From an uncultured Verrucomicrobiae bacterium (GTDB lineage: Bacteria > Verrucomicrobiota > Verrucomicrobiia > Limisphaerales > Palsa-1400): a stretch of DNA of 64,000 nt. The stretch covers positions 5,024,001-5,088,000 of the forward strand of contig OY969763.1 of assembly GCA_963702845.1 (NCBI GenBank), in the 5' to 3' direction. Below, in pieces: positions 60,370 through 64,000 of the stretch (its first letter is position 1; each line of letters opens with the position of its first letter). A program made the translations under genes and the position numbers. The notes beneath the pieces are model-generated. The model saw nothing but the letters and a program-made list of their open reading frames with translations. It was not told the origin of the DNA and did no database searches.

Positions 60370-61353
60370 TTACTCTGTATTTCCAAGCGCGTTCATAAAG
60401 GAGACGAACGCGGCCATCGTCGGTTGTATTTGCGAAATGATGACCAGCGCAAGGACGAGAATTGAGCACGGCAGAGCGGAATAGAGCAACAGTTCGGTGC
60501 GATAATTGGCGCGGGCTTGATACAACTCGGACGCTCGATCAAAACCCGCAGCGAGATTTTCCTGCGATTGCGCCACCGTCCAAACGAACAATCGCGGAAA
60601 AACTTTTCCATCGGCGGACATTTCAGAGAATCGCCCGTGCCCCGCGGCAAGGCGTTCGCGCCAACGGGTCAACTCAACTCCCGCCGGGGTGCGGCCTTCC
60701 ATCCGTTGTAAAAGCTCAAGAGCATTATCCAACGACACGCCACTCTTGAGCATGAGTGAGAGGGCAGCAGCCGTTTGGGAGAGCGCGTTGTCACGAAAAG
60801 CGGCAATGCGCCAACGCCAGCGCCGGCGAATGGAAGGAGTCAATGCAATGACGCACGCAGCGGCGATAACGACCGCCAATAGGACGGGCGAAAACCATAC
60901 TGCAAACGAGGCATTCCGAAGGATTGGTGCCCCTAAAAAGTCTGTCATCACAAACGCATTCATTTTTCCCAGCAAGATGGCGAGAAAACAGGACAATAAA
61001 AACGAGCCGCCAAGAACGATCGCCGGATAGACCATCAACCCTTTGAGCTTCGTCCAGGCCAGATTGCGGCGTTGGTAATAGTCCGCGAGCATCGTGAGGA
61101 TTGCGGGCAGGTTATTGCTTTGCGCGCCGACGGCGAGCATGCGGCAGTAGAGTTCGGGCAAGTTGCGATTCTGCGCCGCGTCGCTCAGCGAAATTCCTCT
61201 GGCAAGATCGGTCTGCAACTGTTGCAGTTCAGAGCGGAGTTGCCCGGCGCGCATGTCGGCGGTGAGTCGTTGCAGCGCGGACTCGAGCGGGATGCCGTCG
61301 CGCAGCATCGTCGCAAGTTGTTGGTTGAAAAATGCAAATGCGTCGGAGTTCAT
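60370..61353 (-). CDS. GspF/PilC family platform protein (copy 1)
   Basis: FNQQLATMLRDGIPL, G.SLS.A, LADYY, MVYP. Confidence 0.88.
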   Translation of the reverse strand: MNSDAFAFFNQQLATMLRDGIPLESALQRLTADMRAGQLRSELQQLQTDLARGISLSDAAQNRNLPELYCRMLAVGAQSNNLPAILTMLADYYQRRNLAWTKLKGLMVYPAIVLGGSFLLSCFLAILLGKMNAFVMTDFLGAPILRNASFAVWFSPVLLAVVIAAACVIALTPSIRRRWRWRIAAFRDNALSQTAAALSLMLKSGVSLDNALELLQRMEGRTPAGVELTRWRERLAAGHGRFSEMSADGKVFPRLFVWTVAQSQENLAAGFDRASELYQARANYRTELLLYSALPCSILVLALVIISQIQPTMAAFVSFMNALGNTE

Positions 61354-62459
61354 ATGCCCAGGATACGGAGTTTTTCGGCGGCATTGGTGATGCCTTGCTG
61401 AACGAGTGTGCGCGCCGATTCTTCGAGAGTTTGTTTCGGCGCGATCGCGTGTAGTTCGTTATTGCGAATGCGCGCGCGCAGATCATTGGTGAGGCCCAGC
61501 CATTCCACTAGCGGCACGCGCCCTTGGTAACCGGTTTGCAAACAAGTCGCGCATCCGCTGCCACTGCATTCGGCGCAGAGTTTGCGCATCAACCGTTGAT
61601 TCAAAATAAGCGAAATCGACGCTGAAATAGCCGAGCGATCAGAGCACAGGACAAGGAGGCGTTCGAGAACCCCCCGGCACGAACCGGCATGCAACGTGGA
61701 AATAACAAGGTGTCCGGTGAGCGCGGCGCGAACGGCAATATTCGCCGTCTCGTCATCGCGAATTTCGCCAATGATCAACGCTTGCGGATCTTGTCGAAGC
61801 AGATGTCGCGCAGCTTTAGCGAAGTCGAGCCCGCGCGCTTCGTTGACTTCGGTTTGCATTACGCCGGGAACGATCTGTTCGACCGGATCTTCAATGGTAA
61901 TGACGTGGCGATCTCCTGGCCGCGCCAGTGCTCGAAGACACGCGTAAATCGTCGTGGTTTTTCCACTACCAGCCGGCCCCGTCAAGAGGAGCATGCCAGC
62001 GGGTTCGCGCAAGAACGTTTCTAACTCGGCGGCGGCGGCGTCCGGAAAACCCAACTGCGCCACGCTCTTGCCTGGCTTGGTGTTGAACAAACGAAGGACA
62101 ATTTTTTCACCGGTGACCGTCGGATACGTCGCGACGCGAATATCAGTTGGCGCGTTAACAAGGCGCGCTTCGATGCGACCATCTTGCGGCATTGAGTCCT
62201 GGTAGGTCTTTAATTGCGCGAGAAACTTTATGCGGCCAAAAACGCGGTCGGCGATTTCAGCCGGCAAATCAGGCCCCGGCGTCATCACACCGTCGAGGCG
62301 GAACGAGACAGCGACGCCTTGCGAATGCGCTTGCAGATGAATGTCACTGGCGGCGACGTTCGATGCCTGATGAATCAATGCTTCAACAATTTCTGGCGCC
62401 TCGGTCTGCGTGGTTGCAGCCGGAATTTCAGGAATAACTACAGGTTGAAAAACACTCAT
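61350..62459 (-). CDS. Short GspE/PilB/ComGA-type assembly ATPase
   Basis: ASDIH, PQDGR, GPAGSGKTTT, TIEDPVE, LRQDP..IGEIRD, TGHLVISTLH, CxxC..CxxC. Confidence 0.93.
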   Translation of the reverse strand: MSVFQPVVIPEIPAATTQTEAPEIVEALIHQASNVAASDIHLQAHSQGVAVSFRLDGVMTPGPDLPAEIADRVFGRIKFLAQLKTYQDSMPQDGRIEARLVNAPTDIRVATYPTVTGEKIVLRLFNTKPGKSVAQLGFPDAAAAELETFLREPAGMLLLTGPAGSGKTTTIYACLRALARPGDRHVITIEDPVEQIVPGVMQTEVNEARGLDFAKAARHLLRQDPQALIIGEIRDDETANIAVRAALTGHLVISTLHAGSCRGVLERLLVLCSDRSAISASISLILNQRLMRKLCAECSGSGCATCLQTGYQGRVPLVEWLGLTNDLRARIRNNELHAIAPKQTLEESARTLVQQGITNAAEKLRILGI

Positions 62460-62806
62460 TGAACCTCCTCGACGAGACGATGCAGACCGTGTTCGTCACG
62501 AATCACTTTGCCGATATTGTCGTGGAAATGGAGCAGTGCGTGACGAATCTCGCCCTTTTGCTTCGAAATGACATGCGATACCGGACCGGTATACGCTTGC
62601 CACAAACAGAAACACGCGGCCAGGCAGCCAAGCGCAAAGCTCGCGCTCCATCCGAATCGTGCTGCTGGCGACGGCTCAGGCACTCGTTGCAACACCGGCC
62701 GGCGTAATTCCATCAGCACCTGGGTCGGGAACGAGTCCCAATAGTCACCCTGACGTTCCGGCACCCGCAAAGATTCGACGAGAGTTTTGAGATCGAAATC
62801 GTTCAT
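62456..62806 (-). CDS. Putative single-TM anti-sigma factor
   Basis: Coupled to the ECF sigma gene; VPER..DYW..FP..V motif followed by one TM segment. Confidence 0.6.
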   Translation of the reverse strand: MNDFDLKTLVESLRVPERQGDYWDSFPTQVLMELRRPVLQRVPEPSPAARFGWSASFALGCLAACFCLWQAYTGPVSHVISKQKGEIRHALLHFHDNIGKVIRDEHGLHRLVEEVQ

Positions 62807-63351
62807 TCGCGTTCTCCCGTCAATGAAAGCAAATGCTTCAACTTCCGTTTAGCGGTGAATACCCGCCACGACACCGTTGTTTCGGAACAATTCAGCACCC
62901 GCGCCGCTTCGGCGTGGTTCATGCCGTCATACATCGTGAGCATGACAGCGGCGCGTTGTTTGGATGGTAATTTCAGCAGTGCCGCGTGCAATTTCGCATT
63001 CAGTTGATCGCCGACTTCTGAGTTGTGGCCATCGGCTTCAATCGTCTGGTTCTCAGTCCAATTGCGGTTGGTTCGGGCACGAACAGTTTCACGATCGCGC
63101 CAAGTGAGACAAACATTCATCGCAATCCGGTAAAGCCACGTGGAAAACTTACAATCTGCGCGATACGCAGCAATGTTGCGATACGCGCGCACGAAAGTCT
63201 CCTGGGAGAGATCCTCAGCATCGTCCATCGAGCCAGTCATCCGGAATGTCAGAGAATGAATCATGCGTTGATGCTTGCGTATAAGCGCCTCGAACGCCGC
63301 AAGGTCTCCTTGTTGGCTTTGCTCGACCAAAGCATCATCCGGTTCACACAT
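62803..63351 (-). CDS. ECF RNA polymerase sigma factor
   Basis: GDLAAFEAL, DAEDLSQETFVRAY, FSTWLYRIA.N, LP.KQR, TVSWR...AK; ATG 63351. Confidence 0.93.
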   Translation of the reverse strand: MCEPDDALVEQSQQGDLAAFEALIRKHQRMIHSLTFRMTGSMDDAEDLSQETFVRAYRNIAAYRADCKFSTWLYRIAMNVCLTWRDRETVRARTNRNWTENQTIEADGHNSEVGDQLNAKLHAALLKLPSKQRAAVMLTMYDGMNHAEAARVLNCSETTVSWRVFTAKRKLKHLLSLTGERE

Positions 63352-63370
63352 GCGGCCTTCTGTTACTGAA

Positions 63371-63398
63371 TAAGACCGGTGAGGCGCGAAAATCCTTT
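63371..63398 (-). promoter_or_regulatory. Candidate ECF autoregulatory promoter
   Basis: Minus strand AAAGGATT..CGGTCTTA with an upstream A tract, about 20 nt before the ATG. Confidence 0.35.
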
Positions 63399-63573
63399 GA
63401 AGTATTTTTTCAGCGTTTGCTGAGGGCGGGGTGAATCCCGGACTGACACTGGCCGTTGATGCCAATTTGCTCATAAACGAAGCACGACCAGCCCTTGGAG
63501 CCGGCCTAGTGCCTGACGCTATTCGAACGAAGCATGCGCCGACCGCACTGTCAATCAACCTAAATTGCGCAAC

Positions 63574-64000
63574 TTAACGCGTAAAAGAGGAGGTGAAATC
63601 CTCGTTTGAAATCTGCACGACTTTTTTCTCGAACCTGGAATTGGCAATCAGCTCCTGCAGCTTCTTCTCGTAAGCAACGCTATCCATCGGCATTTCCACC
63701 GTTTGATTGATCAAGCCCGAATAGAGCAGCACGTTCGCGAGCTCGATAGAGTTGACCCCGTCTTCACCCGGTGATATCAGCGGAACACCATCCAGGATGG
63801 CGTCGGTGAAATTTTGCATCAACACCGCGTGTTGCGCTGGTTCGATACTGATTGGGACTTCGATCTTCGAGGTTTCTGGTTTCTGAAAACCGAGCTTCGC
63901 CGTCTTGCTTTGCTCGTTCATCGAGACTTCGTTGCGCGTGAAGTTCAGTTTGTCGTTTTCGAGCACGAGCTTGCCCATCGTCCCGACGATTTCGAAACGG
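63574..64000 (-). CDS. C-terminal part of a Gfo/Idh/MocA family oxidoreductase (truncated by the window)
   Basis: H...QNF.DAILDG.PLI.PG.DG..S.ELAN pattern. Confidence 0.7.
   Translation of the reverse strand, partial: RFEIVGTMGKLVLENDKLNFTRNEVSMNEQSKTAKLGFQKPETSKIEVPISIEPAQHAVLMQNFTDAILDGVPLISPGEDGVNSIELANVLLYSGLINQTVEMPMDSVAYEKKLQELIANSRFEKKVVQISNEDFTSSFTR

Overview
A gene-dense chromosomal window, most likely from a Verrucomicrobiota (Pedosphaera-like) genome. This is inferred from a Minf_1886-family gene, two TIGR02597-like C-terminal domains and a PVC-type heme CxxCH protein. Housekeeping genes include acs, thrH, gpsA, plsY, a stand-alone nuoA, a phosphoglucomutase/phosphomannomutase, tRNA-Glu(CTC), ohr, proS, lhgO and dtd. 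They are interleaved with large secreted Ig-domain proteins, two TMTC-like GT-C/TPR membrane proteins, two FG-GAP propeller proteins, ComEC, a nuclease-DinG helicase fusion and an ECF-sigma-led minimal type IV filament operon. I see no CRISPR array, rRNA, transposase or integrase. The most unusual signal is non-coding. Three long intergenic regions (about 119-427, 13270-13944 and 38799-39703) share a modular architecture: exact 10-bp-period degenerate repeat arrays, an A/T tract and tandem CCRACTYA octamers. The two complete copies also share a ~120-bp block with divergent sigma70-like and sigma54-like promoters. Six single-base frameshifts in three genes suggest assembly errors, so single-base anomalies need caution. 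All family assignments come from motif recognition by eye; no database search was run.
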